Shown here piece by piece: positions 1 to 10,592 of a DNA stretch of 64,000 bases; within the stretch, counting starts at the first letter, position 1; every line of letters begins with the position of its first letter. The translations under genes and the position numbers were made by a program. Source of the DNA: a virus (Duplodnaviria; Caudoviricetes). The DNA lies in IMG/VR virus record IMGVR_UViG_3300031555_003590, positions 96,001 to 160,000 of that record; one strand, 5' to 3'. Below the pieces are notes generated by a model. That model was not told the DNA's origin, did no database searches, and saw only the letters and a list, made by a program, of their open reading frames with translations.

Positions 1-1192
1 TATTTACTCTCTTTTGAAACTCATCTTTATGATTTAGATATTGATCTAATACTTTTTCTAATTCAGCTAAATCTTCTTCTAATTGTTTCTTAGTAATTGA
101 AGGAGTTGAAGGATCATTAATATCTTTTTTATATTCATTAATTAAATTACGAATACGATGGATATCAGTTTTATGAACATCTTCTAGCATACCAATAGTA
201 ATACTATAAATTGCTCTTTGTCTAGCCTTTTCTTTTTTAAATCTAGATCTAAGTTCTCTATCATATTCACTTGTCATTTTATTTAAACCTTTTGCTAAAT
301 AAGCTCCATAACCATACATTCTAGCAAAATTATCTGCAAATGCTTCACTATAATTTTGACGATTAAATCTATTTTTATCTTTTTCTAATTTTTCTTTAAT
401 TTCTTTTAATTTCTTTTTTGCAGAACCTTCTTTAGTTTGAAATAAATCCATAATAGGACCTGAAAATATCATAGCAAAATAAATTAAGAAGATTAATAAC
501 CAAGACCCAAATAAAAGTCCTACTTCTCCTAATTTATTCATTGCTCTTTTTTCATTCTTATTAATAGAACCTTTTCTATCAGTAATATATTTAGATAGAA
601 TATTTGTTCCAGTATAATTAATATCAACTATTGCAGGATCAATAGAATGACCAAATTCATGTAAGAATACTGCTAATACTTCTTCTGCAGTAAGTTTCGT
701 TAATAAACCTAGTGTAATCCAAATTTCCATAGTTACTGAATGACTCTTATCATAGAAACCTTTATCTGTTACTAATCCTTCAATTGGAAAACGATCTACA
801 TGATATACTAAACAATTCATTTCACAACTTTCAAACTTTTTAGTAGTAGAATTATATTTTTCAATATATGGATGAATTTCAACATTACGAAACCCAAATA
901 TATCACGTAATTGATCTTCAAAATCTTTAAACATTATATTTTTCCAAAATTCTTTTGGATTAAATGGTTTAATTTTAACTTTTTTATCATTCTTATTAGC
1001 AGTAGTACTATCTTCTTGCTCCTTAATTTGTGAATCTAATTCATCTTTAATTTTTTGAATACTTTCTAATATAGGTTTTACAGTTTCCTTACCATTAGAA
1101 AATACTGCTTCACTAAAATACTGATCAACTGCTTCATTAATATTTACGGTATCTTCAGATAAATTCATTTCCATATGAATTGGATAATACAT
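1..1192 (-). CDS. Zinc metallopeptidase-like (HExxH, M48-like) protein, runs off the window start
   Basis: Not in the ORF track; translated manually. ATG at 1192 with AAAGGAGA RBS. LTAEEVLAVFLHEFGH (HEFGH at 647-661), a hydrophobic stretch, then EAFADNFARMYG. Confidence 0.7.
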   Translation of the reverse strand, partial: MYYPIHMEMNLSEDTVNINEAVDQYFSEAVFSNGKETVKPILESIQKIKDELDSQIKEQEDSTTANKNDKKVKIKPFNPKEFWKNIMFKDFEDQLRDIFGFRNVEIHPYIEKYNSTTKKFESCEMNCLVYHVDRFPIEGLVTDKGFYDKSHSVTMEIWITLGLLTKLTAEEVLAVFLHEFGHSIDPAIVDINYTGTNILSKYITDRKGSINKNEKRAMNKLGEVGLLFGSWLLIFLIYFAMIFSGPIMDLFQTKEGSAKKKLKEIKEKLEKDKNRFNRQNYSEAFADNFARMYGYGAYLAKGLNKMTSEYDRELRSRFKKEKARQRAIYSITIGMLEDVHKTDIHRIRNLINEYKKDINDPSTPSITKKQLEEDLAELEKVLDQYLNHKDEFQKRVN

Positions 1193-1250
1193 TTTATAAT
1201 TCTCCTTTACTAAATATTTATATATTATACTTATATAAGATTAAAGAAAG

Positions 1251-2075
1251 GTGGATATTGTAATGTCAATTCATCAATTAGTAAAAGATACTATTAAAAA
1301 TCATAAACAAGAAATTGAATTAATTCAATGGGCTATTATGAATGGTATTTCTTCTTTATTTTATTCTCAATATATTAGTAAAATGAAACATAAAGAAATA
1401 GCAAGTAGAATATTAATACATGTTCCTTCTATTAAAAATTTATTAATTTATTTAAAACCTGAATCTAAATTTATGGAATATTTATCCAATAATTTAATAA
1501 AAGATATTGGGAATCATCAATTAATTAAAAAATATTTTAATGCACCTGAATTAGTAATGTTTAAAGAAGAAAATATTGAAATTATGAAGTTTATATATGA
1601 CTTATATATTTCTTCTAATATTACTAAAAGGATTCCTGAAACTATTTCTAAGAAATTTGGTTTGAATGATGATACTAATCAAACATTTTGTGAAAGATGG
1701 GAAATTAATATATTTGATGCTCCTATTACAAATGATCAATATGAATTTATCATTGATCAAACAGTATTACAATTATTAATGTTGCTTCCTAGTATAAAGA
1801 AAGAAGTTGAGATTCTTGAAAATCGTATGAATATTTTAATGGAGAATGGGAAAAATGGTAAAATCTTAACAATTGAAAATGAAAATGCAATTTGTCCAAT
1901 TCATTTTACTCCAGCTATTGTTAATAATGAATCTGTGATTGATTTATTAACATTTGTTACTAATACTTCATTTAAAGAAATATTTAATGATATAACAAAT
2001 GTATTTGATTATACTGTTACAACTGGATTATTCAATCAAGTTACTTTAACTAGATTAAAAGGTATTGAAACATAA
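1251..2075 (+). CDS. Hypothetical protein
   Basis: 274-aa ORF, preceded by TATATATTAT motif (1219-1228) and followed by a terminator. Confidence 0.6.
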   Translation: MDIVMSIHQLVKDTIKNHKQEIELIQWAIMNGISSLFYSQYISKMKHKEIASRILIHVPSIKNLLIYLKPESKFMEYLSNNLIKDIGNHQLIKKYFNAPELVMFKEENIEIMKFIYDLYISSNITKRIPETISKKFGLNDDTNQTFCERWEINIFDAPITNDQYEFIIDQTVLQLLMLLPSIKKEVEILENRMNILMENGKNGKILTIENENAICPIHFTPAIVNNESVIDLLTFVTNTSFKEIFNDITNVFDYTVTTGLFNQVTLTRLKGIET

Positions 2076-2089
2076 TAGATATTAACTAA

Positions 2090-2124
2090 AATAAGGGAGG
2101 GATATAAGTCCCTCCTTATTTTTT
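2090..2124 (+). terminator. Intrinsic terminator
   Basis: ATAAGGGAGGGA...TCCCTCCTTAT plus T run. Confidence 0.75.
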
Positions 2125-2210
2125 ATTTTACAAAGATTTAAATTTATTTCTCTACAAAAATGTATTACATTTTTGTAGTAATTTATATAAAGAAAGGAAT
2201 GATAAATAGT

Positions 2211-4520
2211 ATGGCTAGTATATTAAAGAGTGTAGAAATCGGTTATAAATTTATACCTAATGATTTAGAAAAATTTCATCCTATTGAAGGTATTAAAAGT
2301 TTTAATATTTTAAAAGGTGTAGTACCTATTCCTAGTTTGAGTAATGGGGATAGTAATAGTAATGAATTTGTATATAGTGGTAGTGAATATAGTCCATGGA
2401 GTAATATAGATACTAGTAAAGTTAGTATTAGTGGAGACATTAATGCTACTAATGCTGGTGAATATAGTACTACTTTTACACTAGATAAAAAGTATGAATG
2501 GGAAGATGGTACTACAGATCCCTTTACTATTAACTGGAATATTAATAAAATAATAGTTACAGTTCCAACTATTATCAATTCATTTATATCTACTGGTACT
2601 GAACAATCTCCATGTACAATAAGCGATAATATTAATGTTTCTGGAACAATATCAGCAACTAATGTTGGTAATTATGCGGCTACATTATCATTACCAGATA
2701 CAATTAATTATGAATGGGAAGATGGTACTACAGATCCTATTACTATTAATTGGAATATTGATTATAAATCATTTGAAATAACTTCATCTAATAGAAGTGA
2801 AATAAGTTATACTGATACTACTACTGAATTAGTTATACCAGAAACATTTACTGGTACTGATGGAATATCATATAAAGTAACTACTATAGGTAGTGGTGCA
2901 TTTAAGAATTGTAAAAATTTAACTAGTGTAACTATTCCAGATAGTGTAACTACTATAGGTGATAATGCATTTAGTAGTTGTACTGGATTAACTAGTGTTA
3001 CTATTCCTAATAGTGTAACTACTATAGGTAGTAGTGCATTCTATTATTGTACTGGATTAACTAGTGTAACTATTCCAGATAGTGTAACTAGTATAAGTAG
3101 TAGTGCATTCTTGAGTTGTACTGGATTAACTAGTGTAACTATTCCAGATAGTGTAACTACTATAGGTAGTGGTGCATTTAAGAATTGTAAAAATTTAACT
3201 AGTGTTACTATTCCAGATAGTGTAACTAGTATAGATAATTATACATTCCAGAGTTGTACTGGATTAACTAGTGTTACTATTCCAGATAGTGTAACTACTA
3301 TAGGTGATAATGCATTTAGTAGTTGTACTGAATTAACTAGTGTTACTATTCCTAATAGTGTAACTACTATAGGTAGTAGTGCATTTAATAATTGTAAAAA
3401 TTTAACTAGTGTTACTATTCCAGATAGTGTAACTAGTATAGATAATTATACATTCCAGAGTTGTACTGGATTAACTAGTGTAACTATAGGTAGTAGTGTA
3501 ACTAGTATTGGTGATAGTGCATTCGGTGGTTGTACTGGATTAACTAGTGTTACTATTCCTAATAGTGTAACTACTATAGGTAGTGGTGCATTCACAAATA
3601 CTCCTTGGTTAACTACTAAACAAGCTGAGAATCCATTAGTAATTGTAAATAATATTCTTATTAATGGTACTACTGCTAGTGGAAATGTTACTATTCCAGA
3701 TAGTGTAACTACTATAGGTGATAATGCATTTAGTAGTTGTACTGGATTAACTAGTGTAACTATAGGTAGTAGTGTAACTACTATAGGTAGTAGTGCATTC
3801 TATTATTGTACTGGATTAACTAGTGTAACTATAGGTAGTAGTGTAACTACTATAGGTAGTGGTGCATTCCATAGTTGTAAAAATTTAACTAGTGTTACTA
3901 TTCCTAATAGTGTAACTACTATAGGTAGTAGTGCATTCTATTATTGTACTGGATTAACTAGTGTAACTATAGGTAGTAGTGTAACTAGTATTGGTGATAG
4001 TGCATTCGGTGGTTGTACTGGATTAACTAGTGTTACTATTCCAGATAGTGTAACTAGTATAAGTAGTAGTGCATTCAGCAGTTGTACTAGTTTAACTGAT
4101 ATAAAAGTAAATACTAGCAATTCGGTATATTGTGATATAGATGGTATATTATATACTAATGATATTAGTACGATAATATTATATCCTGCTAGTAAGACTG
4201 ATAATAGTATTACTATTCCTAATACTGTTACTAGTATAGGTGATAATGCATTCCAAGAATGTAAAAATTTAACTAGTATAACTATTCCTAATAGTGTAAC
4301 TAGTATAGGTAATAGTGCATTTAATCAATGTTTTAGTTTAACTAGTGTTACTATTCCTAATAGTGTAACTACTATAGGTAGTAGGGCATTCTATTATTGT
4401 ACTAATTTAACTACAGTAAATTATACTGGTACTGAGGAACAGTGGAATGCTATTACTATTAGTACTGTTGGTAATAATCCTCTAACTGCAGCTACTAAAG
4501 TATATAATTATAAGGGATAA
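2211..4520 (+). CDS. BspA-type leucine-rich repeat (LRR_5) protein with N-terminal repeated Ig/MBG-like domains
   Basis: About 20 repeats of CTGLTSVTIPDSVTTIGxxAFxx; duplicated YEWEDGTTDPxTINWNI. Start moved to ATG 2211 because of the upstream GAAAGGA. Confidence 0.85.
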   Translation: MASILKSVEIGYKFIPNDLEKFHPIEGIKSFNILKGVVPIPSLSNGDSNSNEFVYSGSEYSPWSNIDTSKVSISGDINATNAGEYSTTFTLDKKYEWEDGTTDPFTINWNINKIIVTVPTIINSFISTGTEQSPCTISDNINVSGTISATNVGNYAATLSLPDTINYEWEDGTTDPITINWNIDYKSFEITSSNRSEISYTDTTTELVIPETFTGTDGISYKVTTIGSGAFKNCKNLTSVTIPDSVTTIGDNAFSSCTGLTSVTIPNSVTTIGSSAFYYCTGLTSVTIPDSVTSISSSAFLSCTGLTSVTIPDSVTTIGSGAFKNCKNLTSVTIPDSVTSIDNYTFQSCTGLTSVTIPDSVTTIGDNAFSSCTELTSVTIPNSVTTIGSSAFNNCKNLTSVTIPDSVTSIDNYTFQSCTGLTSVTIGSSVTSIGDSAFGGCTGLTSVTIPNSVTTIGSGAFTNTPWLTTKQAENPLVIVNNILINGTTASGNVTIPDSVTTIGDNAFSSCTGLTSVTIGSSVTTIGSSAFYYCTGLTSVTIGSSVTTIGSGAFHSCKNLTSVTIPNSVTTIGSSAFYYCTGLTSVTIGSSVTSIGDSAFGGCTGLTSVTIPDSVTSISSSAFSSCTSLTDIKVNTSNSVYCDIDGILYTNDISTIILYPASKTDNSITIPNTVTSIGDNAFQECKNLTSITIPNSVTSIGNSAFNQCFSLTSVTIPNSVTTIGSRAFYYCTNLTTVNYTGTEEQWNAITISTVGNNPLTAATKVYNYKG
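2875..4410 (+). repeat. 69-bp tandem repeat array encoding LRR units
   Basis: Near-identical ACTAGTGT(A/T)ACTATTCC..ATAGTGTAACTA(C/G)TATAGGT units, interrupted twice by non-repeat segments. Confidence 0.9.
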
Positions 4521-4529
4521 TATTTATAT

Positions 4530-4566
4530 AATAGAAGAGGGATTTAATCCCTCTTCTATTATTTTT
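4530..4566 (+). terminator. Intrinsic terminator
   Basis: AATAGAAGAGGGATT-T-AATCCCTCTTCTATT. Confidence 0.8.
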
Positions 4567-4616
4567 ACTTTTATTTTTGACGATATATTATTCATGTATA
4601 TAAATATAAAAAGGAA

Positions 4617-6683
4617 GTGATTTTAAATATGGGCTTTAAACAAAATTATGTAGATGCTGCTGTCATGACTATTATGAAAGTACATCCTGAATATAATAAA
4701 GAAGATGTAAAACAAATTATATCTAGAATAGTAAAAGAAAGAATGACTGATCCATCTATTTTAATGGATAATAATGTTACTGGTGAAAGTCATAATACAA
4801 ATCTTACGTATTTATGCAATTGGATTGATAAAAGAAATCCAGTAGTATCAGGTAATGCAACATTCTATTGTCAACCATCTGAACTATTATCACCAACATC
4901 AAATATGTTACGATCTCTAAAAGTTGGTCGTAAACAAGTTAAAAAACAAATGTTCAAATATGCTCCAGATTCAGATGAATATGCTCAATTAGATTTAGAT
5001 CAAATGAATAAGAAAGTTATTATGAATGCTGAATATGGTGGATCAGGTACTCCTACTGCAGCATTTTATACTAAATATTCACCTGCTGCTACAACTCTAA
5101 TGTCACAAAGTATTATTACTACAATGGCTGCTTTCTTTGAATCATTTGTTGGTGATAATCAAAAATTCTTTAGTATTGATGAATGTTTAGATTGGATGAA
5201 TACTATTATCAATAAAAAGAAAGATAAAGTAGCTAAATGGATTAGAATTCCAACTGAATATGAAGTATCTCATAGGATTAAACTTCATTTCTATATGGCT
5301 AATAAAGATAATTTTGATATAATTGATAAATACATCCATAAATGCAGTGATAGTGAAAGAGCATATTTATATTATACAAATAATATGAAATCATTTATTA
5401 CTGATCACCCTAAAGTATCTAAACTAATTAATGATATTTTAACAATTCTTCCATTATTAGAAGCTAGTGAAAAAGAAGTACCTGATCAATATAAAGATAA
5501 ATTTGGATTAGAAGAATATAATAAGTGGGTTGCAAAAGAGATGTTCTTAGATCCATATAATGTTCCAGATTCAATAAAAAATATAATTACCGATTTAGTA
5601 GATTTAGTACACCAGTATGTATATGTAGAATATTTAACTCCAGATAGCATTGTTAAACTTAATAATCATATGAGAAATACAGTATTATTAGTTGATACAG
5701 ATTCAAATGTTATTAATTCAGATTTGTTTGTTTCATTTGTATTAGATAGTGTATTTCCTGGTAGCACATTTAATAGATCTCGTCTATATAATGAAATGAT
5801 TCTTACTAATGTATTGGCTACAATGTTAGATAAATGTGTAAAAAATACATTAGACTATTATGGAAGATGTCATAATATGGATGAAGCATCAAGAGCTGAA
5901 CTTACGATGAAAAATGAATTTATGTTTAGAAGATTCTTCTTGATGTTAACAAAGAAAAGATATGCAGCTTCTATTGTATTAAGAGAAGGAAATATGATGC
6001 TTCCATTCAAATTAGAAATTAAAGGAATGGATTTTATCAAAGCAGGTGTTACTGATGATGTAACTAGTAAGTTTACTAATATGCTTAAAAATCATATTCT
6101 ATTTGCTGAAGAACCTCAACTTCACAATATGATGAAAGAAATTAAACAATTTGAAAAAGAAATTTATAATGATCTAAGAAATGGTGGAACTAAATATCTC
6201 AAGAGTTCTCAATATAAACCTGCAGAAGGATATTCTAAAATTAAAGATGCTAATGGTAAAGTTATTGGTAGTAAAGCATGGTCACTACCAGTATTTAGAG
6301 GTTCTGAAATATGGAATATATTATACCCTGATAAACAAATAAATTCATTAGATAGAGTAAGTATTGTAAAGCTTACAATAACTAATATAAAGGATCTAGA
6401 TAAAATCAAAGATCAATTTCCAGATGACTATAATAATGTAATTACTAAGATATATGGATCTAATAATCCTAATATTATAAATGCTGGAATGAAAGTTATT
6501 TGTATTCCTAATACAGTATATCAGATTCCAGATTGGATAATTCCATTCATTGATTATGATGTAATTATTTCTGATGTAATTTCATCATTTAGATCTGTAC
6601 TAGATTCTTTAAAATTAGAAGGTATGGCATTTAAAACTCCTAATGGAAAAGCTAATATCACATCATGTTTAATTAGTTTATAA
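4617..6683 (+). CDS. polB: Divergent family B DNA polymerase, polymerase subunit (phiKZ-like split PolB)
   Basis: KKVIMNAEYGG (motif B), LLVDTDS (motif C), KKRYA, EIKGMDFIK. No exonuclease domain or DxxSLYPS motif seen, consistent with a split enzyme. Confidence 0.8.
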   Translation: MILNMGFKQNYVDAAVMTIMKVHPEYNKEDVKQIISRIVKERMTDPSILMDNNVTGESHNTNLTYLCNWIDKRNPVVSGNATFYCQPSELLSPTSNMLRSLKVGRKQVKKQMFKYAPDSDEYAQLDLDQMNKKVIMNAEYGGSGTPTAAFYTKYSPAATTLMSQSIITTMAAFFESFVGDNQKFFSIDECLDWMNTIINKKKDKVAKWIRIPTEYEVSHRIKLHFYMANKDNFDIIDKYIHKCSDSERAYLYYTNNMKSFITDHPKVSKLINDILTILPLLEASEKEVPDQYKDKFGLEEYNKWVAKEMFLDPYNVPDSIKNIITDLVDLVHQYVYVEYLTPDSIVKLNNHMRNTVLLVDTDSNVINSDLFVSFVLDSVFPGSTFNRSRLYNEMILTNVLATMLDKCVKNTLDYYGRCHNMDEASRAELTMKNEFMFRRFFLMLTKKRYAASIVLREGNMMLPFKLEIKGMDFIKAGVTDDVTSKFTNMLKNHILFAEEPQLHNMMKEIKQFEKEIYNDLRNGGTKYLKSSQYKPAEGYSKIKDANGKVIGSKAWSLPVFRGSEIWNILYPDKQINSLDRVSIVKLTITNIKDLDKIKDQFPDDYNNVITKIYGSNNPNIINAGMKVICIPNTVYQIPDWIIPFIDYDVIISDVISSFRSVLDSLKLEGMAFKTPNGKANITSCLISL

Positions 6684-6753
6684 AAGTAAACAGTGAGGCG
6701 AACCATAAAAATATCAATGATTAAAATATAATAGAAAGTGAGGTAACTATATT

Positions 6754-7623
6754 ATGCCATTTCTGCCTTATAGCATTAGAGGTGAAGATTATGATTTCGA
6801 TAAAGATGAATCTTTAAACATGATGATCAAAGAGTATACTAATAATACTGGGGAAGTCAAAAAGATTTCTCCAGATAATAATATTGATATGTCTATTGAA
6901 GAAAATAGTAATGCAGATATACCTGCAACATATGAGGATGTTGTCAGACATAATGTATTTAAATGTTCAATGTCTTTAGATGTTATTATGGAAGGAATTG
7001 AAAATCAATTTGATAATTATATCAGTAATGATGATTCTAATAATTATGTCGATATATTTTATGATGCACTACATGATTCTTTTAAAGCTGCAACTGAAGA
7101 TAATGAATTACATCAAGAAGATGTTATTAATGTATTAAATGAAATTCAAGATAAATTTATTGATACAATAACTGGATTATTTAATACTAGATTAACATTA
7201 ACAATTGCAGATATTGAATCAGAATCATATGATCAAGATGAAGTTGAATTTATTATTAGAAAATTATATGAATTCTTTATTTTAGGAGCAAAGAATAATT
7301 TCAAAGTTGCAATTGCAAATGATGCAAAGAAACGAATTAATGGAATTATTAATAACCATCGTGAATATATTATGATGTTAAGAAATATGATGATTGATTA
7401 TTCTCCATTAATTACTACTTTTGGACCAATGGAATTTTTAACATATATAGGAGATCAAGAAATTATTGATCTATTCGATGATGGTAAAGTTATTGGTAAT
7501 TTCTTAAGAAAATATTCTCCTAAGTTATATCAGAATGAAGAATTTGAAGTAGAACTTATTACTTACATCACAATGGTACATCAATTCAATCAAACAATAC
7601 AGGAGGAATATAATAATGGCTGA
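6754..7623 (+). CDS. Hypothetical protein
   Basis: 289-aa ORF with GAGGT RBS; overlaps the next gene. Confidence 0.6.
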   Translation: MPFLPYSIRGEDYDFDKDESLNMMIKEYTNNTGEVKKISPDNNIDMSIEENSNADIPATYEDVVRHNVFKCSMSLDVIMEGIENQFDNYISNDDSNNYVDIFYDALHDSFKAATEDNELHQEDVINVLNEIQDKFIDTITGLFNTRLTLTIADIESESYDQDEVEFIIRKLYEFFILGAKNNFKVAIANDAKKRINGIINNHREYIMMLRNMMIDYSPLITTFGPMEFLTYIGDQEIIDLFDDGKVIGNFLRKYSPKLYQNEEFEVELITYITMVHQFNQTIQEEYNNG

Positions 7624-8392
7624 TAATAAACAAACTTCTACTAGTACCAGTACTCAGATTAGAAATCTTTATTCTGAGGGAATGTCATATATGAATCTTA
7701 GATTCTTTAATACAAATCTAGGTATAAATATTTATCCATTTACAGGTAGAGATAATAATGGACGTTCCATTTATGATAAAAATAATTATATTGCAACTAC
7801 TGTAAATTTTGAAAGTGCATTTGCACTTTACCAAGCATCAAATGATGTTATTGAAGGTAAAGTTAAAGAATTAGATATTACAATTCCATGTACATCAGGT
7901 GCAAATATTCTATTTCAGTGTAAAACGAATCAGAATAATCAACCTGAAGTCATCATGACTGTTATGAAAAATAATGTAAATATTCCATTCAAGTTTGCAG
8001 TATTAAATCAAACTATTAAAAATAATAATGGTCAAATTGAACATACTGTTTCTCATATTGGTTTAGGTGCATTCATGAAAACAGTTGAAGGATATTTGAA
8101 TGGTATTAATGCTAATCGTCATTTAGATAAACTTACAGATGATTATGTTAAACTTATTAATGGTTCTCAATCCAATGATAATAATCAATCAAATAATAAT
8201 CAGCAGAATAATCGTAATAATAATTACCGTGGTAATTATAATAATAATGGTGGTTATAAGAAAGGATATAATAACAATTATAAACGCCAATACAATAATA
8301 ACAATGGTGGCGGATTCCCATCACCTCCTTCAAATAATAATTGGAATAATAACAATAGTCAAAATTTATCATCTTATGAAATTAATAATTAA
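7616..8392 (+). CDS. Putative ssDNA-binding-like protein with N/Q/G/Y-rich disordered tail
   Basis: Globular N-terminus plus about 75 aa of low-complexity tail; replication-gene context. SSB function is inference. Confidence 0.4.
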   Translation: MADNKQTSTSTSTQIRNLYSEGMSYMNLRFFNTNLGINIYPFTGRDNNGRSIYDKNNYIATTVNFESAFALYQASNDVIEGKVKELDITIPCTSGANILFQCKTNQNNQPEVIMTVMKNNVNIPFKFAVLNQTIKNNNGQIEHTVSHIGLGAFMKTVEGYLNGINANRHLDKLTDDYVKLINGSQSNDNNQSNNNQQNNRNNNYRGNYNNNGGYKKGYNNNYKRQYNNNNGGGFPSPPSNNNWNNNNSQNLSSYEINN

Positions 8393-8411
8393 GATTGATA
8401 AATAAAATGGT

Positions 8412-8453
8412 AGAATATGACGAGGGCCCCGCAAACCCTCGTCATATTCTTTT
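8412..8453 (+). terminator. Intrinsic terminator
   Basis: AGAATATGACGAGGG...CCCTCGTCATATTCT plus TTT. Confidence 0.75.
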
Positions 8454-8476
8454 CAAAACAAAGGAGGTGAGTTTCA

Positions 8477-9238
8477 TTGATAACAAATGGAAAACCGTTT
8501 GACACAAATATATTTTTTTCAGGAGGAGCGGGTCTATTTCTTCAGTATCATGATATTATAAAACCAGCATATTTATATGCGATTATTAAAATGATAATTA
8601 CTGAAGAAACATATGGATTGCCAGTAAATATTATCAAAAAATTTTCAATTTTATCCATTATTGAATGGTATATAAAAAGAAGATATAAAAATCCATTACA
8701 ATGTTTAGATTTTAATCATAAAGGTGAAGATGAATATTTAGATGAATTATTACGAATTATTTTGAATAATGATAAATCAATTTATAAATATAGCCCAGCA
8801 TTAAATATCAATAGAATGTTGAATGTATATAGAAGACAACATATGTCATTTCCAATTTACGTATATAGTGAAAATGAAGAATATCATATAAGAGAAGATT
8901 GTAGTAGACTTTTCCAAGGTATTCAATTTAAATATCTACATGGAGATTTAAAACAAGCTATTCAAAGTTGTGATCAAAATTTCACTTATATATTTTCTGA
9001 TATAGAATTAGTAAAAGAAGCTACTCAAATTTTGATAGGAACTTGCTCACATATTTTATTAGCAGCAGAGTATAGATATAATTATACTGATAATTGTAAA
9101 ACATTAAAATATGATCTAACTGAATTAGCTTCAAAACATCCATTTGTTAGAATTGGATTAACTACTGCTATTGATTCAATATCATTAGCTAAGTCTTTTA
9201 CTAATTTAATTAAAATTCAACAGGAAGGAGCTATTTAA
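8477..9238 (+). CDS. Hypothetical protein (possible degenerate HAD-like fold)
   Basis: TTG start with AAGGAGGTG RBS; coupled to next gene via TAATG. Confidence 0.55.
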   Translation: MITNGKPFDTNIFFSGGAGLFLQYHDIIKPAYLYAIIKMIITEETYGLPVNIIKKFSILSIIEWYIKRRYKNPLQCLDFNHKGEDEYLDELLRIILNNDKSIYKYSPALNINRMLNVYRRQHMSFPIYVYSENEEYHIREDCSRLFQGIQFKYLHGDLKQAIQSCDQNFTYIFSDIELVKEATQILIGTCSHILLAAEYRYNYTDNCKTLKYDLTELASKHPFVRIGLTTAIDSISLAKSFTNLIKIQQEGAI

Positions 9239-10238
9239 TGCTACAATTGAATGCAATTAAAACGGTTGATACACAACCAGAAATAATACCTAGATGGGAA
9301 TATAAAAAACATGCATTTCCAAATGGTGCAGAAAGTTATTGGATAAAATGGCGTTGCCATCCAGATGATATGAGATTCTTTTCAATGCCTAAAACGATGA
9401 TTATTAAATTCGATAAAGAATTATCTCACATTAACAATGAAAATATTTCTGCATTAAATGAATGGAAAGTAACTAAACTTTCATATTCTTCATATTTACC
9501 TAGAATGTGTGAAGAATTAAATTTCTTTGAAACTATGTATGATCAAGAGGGAGAATTAATTGCTGCTTTATTTAAAATCAAATATTTGATTGATGTTGAT
9601 AATATTTCATATACAATGAAAAATTTTGATGCATTTAAAGATTTAGTATATAAAACTATTTTTACTGAATCTATGAAGAATAAAATTACTAGAATGATTG
9701 AAGAAAATTATGTTGATGATATTGAAGCTGAAAATATTAAAAATATGAAAAACCCTGATATGTTAAGTATCATGCAACGTAAAAAGAAATCATTGGAGTT
9801 TTTAAATGTACATGTAAAAGCAATGTTAATGATATCATTTGGAATAAAAATATTATCATTTATTGTAAATCATTTTGCAGTAATGAGATCAATTAATATT
9901 CAAAAGAATATAGAATTATTTTATAGATTCTATGTTGGTATGTTTGATGTATTTGATTTTGAATTTAATATATACAATAAAATTTACAGCTATGTTGAAT
10001 CGAAAACAAGTACTTGTGCAAATTTCAACCGTTCCATATTCAGTCAACAAGAAGTAGAGGGAAAAGATAAGAGTATAATTATAAATCAATTAATGACACG
10101 TAATGTTGTGATAGATAATATGATTAAATTTCAAATGCCTCAAACATGGAATTCTGCTAAGGAGCAACCTAATGAACGCGTTCTCAGCTTCTTATGTAGT
10201 ATTATAAATACACATTTATCAATTTTCATTATGCAGGT
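9238..10238 (+). CDS. Sigma-like promoter-specificity subunit of non-virion RNAP (AR9 gp226/phiKZ gp68-like), exon 1
   Basis: IIKFDKELSH..ISALNEWKVTKLSY..LPRMCEELNFF resembles the AR9 gp226 N-terminus as I recall it. Spliced ORF is 1704 nt = 567 aa. Confidence 0.7.
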
Positions 10239-10592
10239 AAACTAAACTGCCTGTCTTCTCATAATTGCGGGAACATCTTGTTAGACTTATACTACCAAGT
10301 TATACTAGTGATACTATAATGGTCTAGAGTAACTAACTAGAGTATGGTAACAAGGTATAAGGTAGAGAAAATCCGCAGCTAATCAACTAGTGTTAACTAG
10401 TTGCAGGTTCAACGACTATCGAAAGCAGTAATGTGAGTAGAGTAGAGCCTAAGTTAATGAGGTAGGTATATCCTTTAAATCGAAATGAGAAGCACTACTA
10501 ATAGTAGTGAAGATATAGTCTACTCTATACCAAGAGGTATAGTAGTTCATAAAAGAACGGTATTAGTGTTGCGAACTAATATGAATGCCAGG
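10239..10592 (+). ncRNA. Group I intron (ORF-less, 354 nt) in sigma-like subunit
   Basis: P AATTGCGGGAA, Q AATCCGCAGC, R GTTCAACGACTA, S AAGATATAGTCT; P1 GCAGGU/GCCUGU with U.G at 10238; terminal G 10592; splicing restores frame (IMQ-V-FRRNL). Confidence 0.9.

Noticed and set aside
2875-4410. CRISPR array or DGR in the 69-bp repeats
   Set aside because: Repeats are in-frame coding units without unique spacers; no cas or reverse transcriptase gene is visible in the window.
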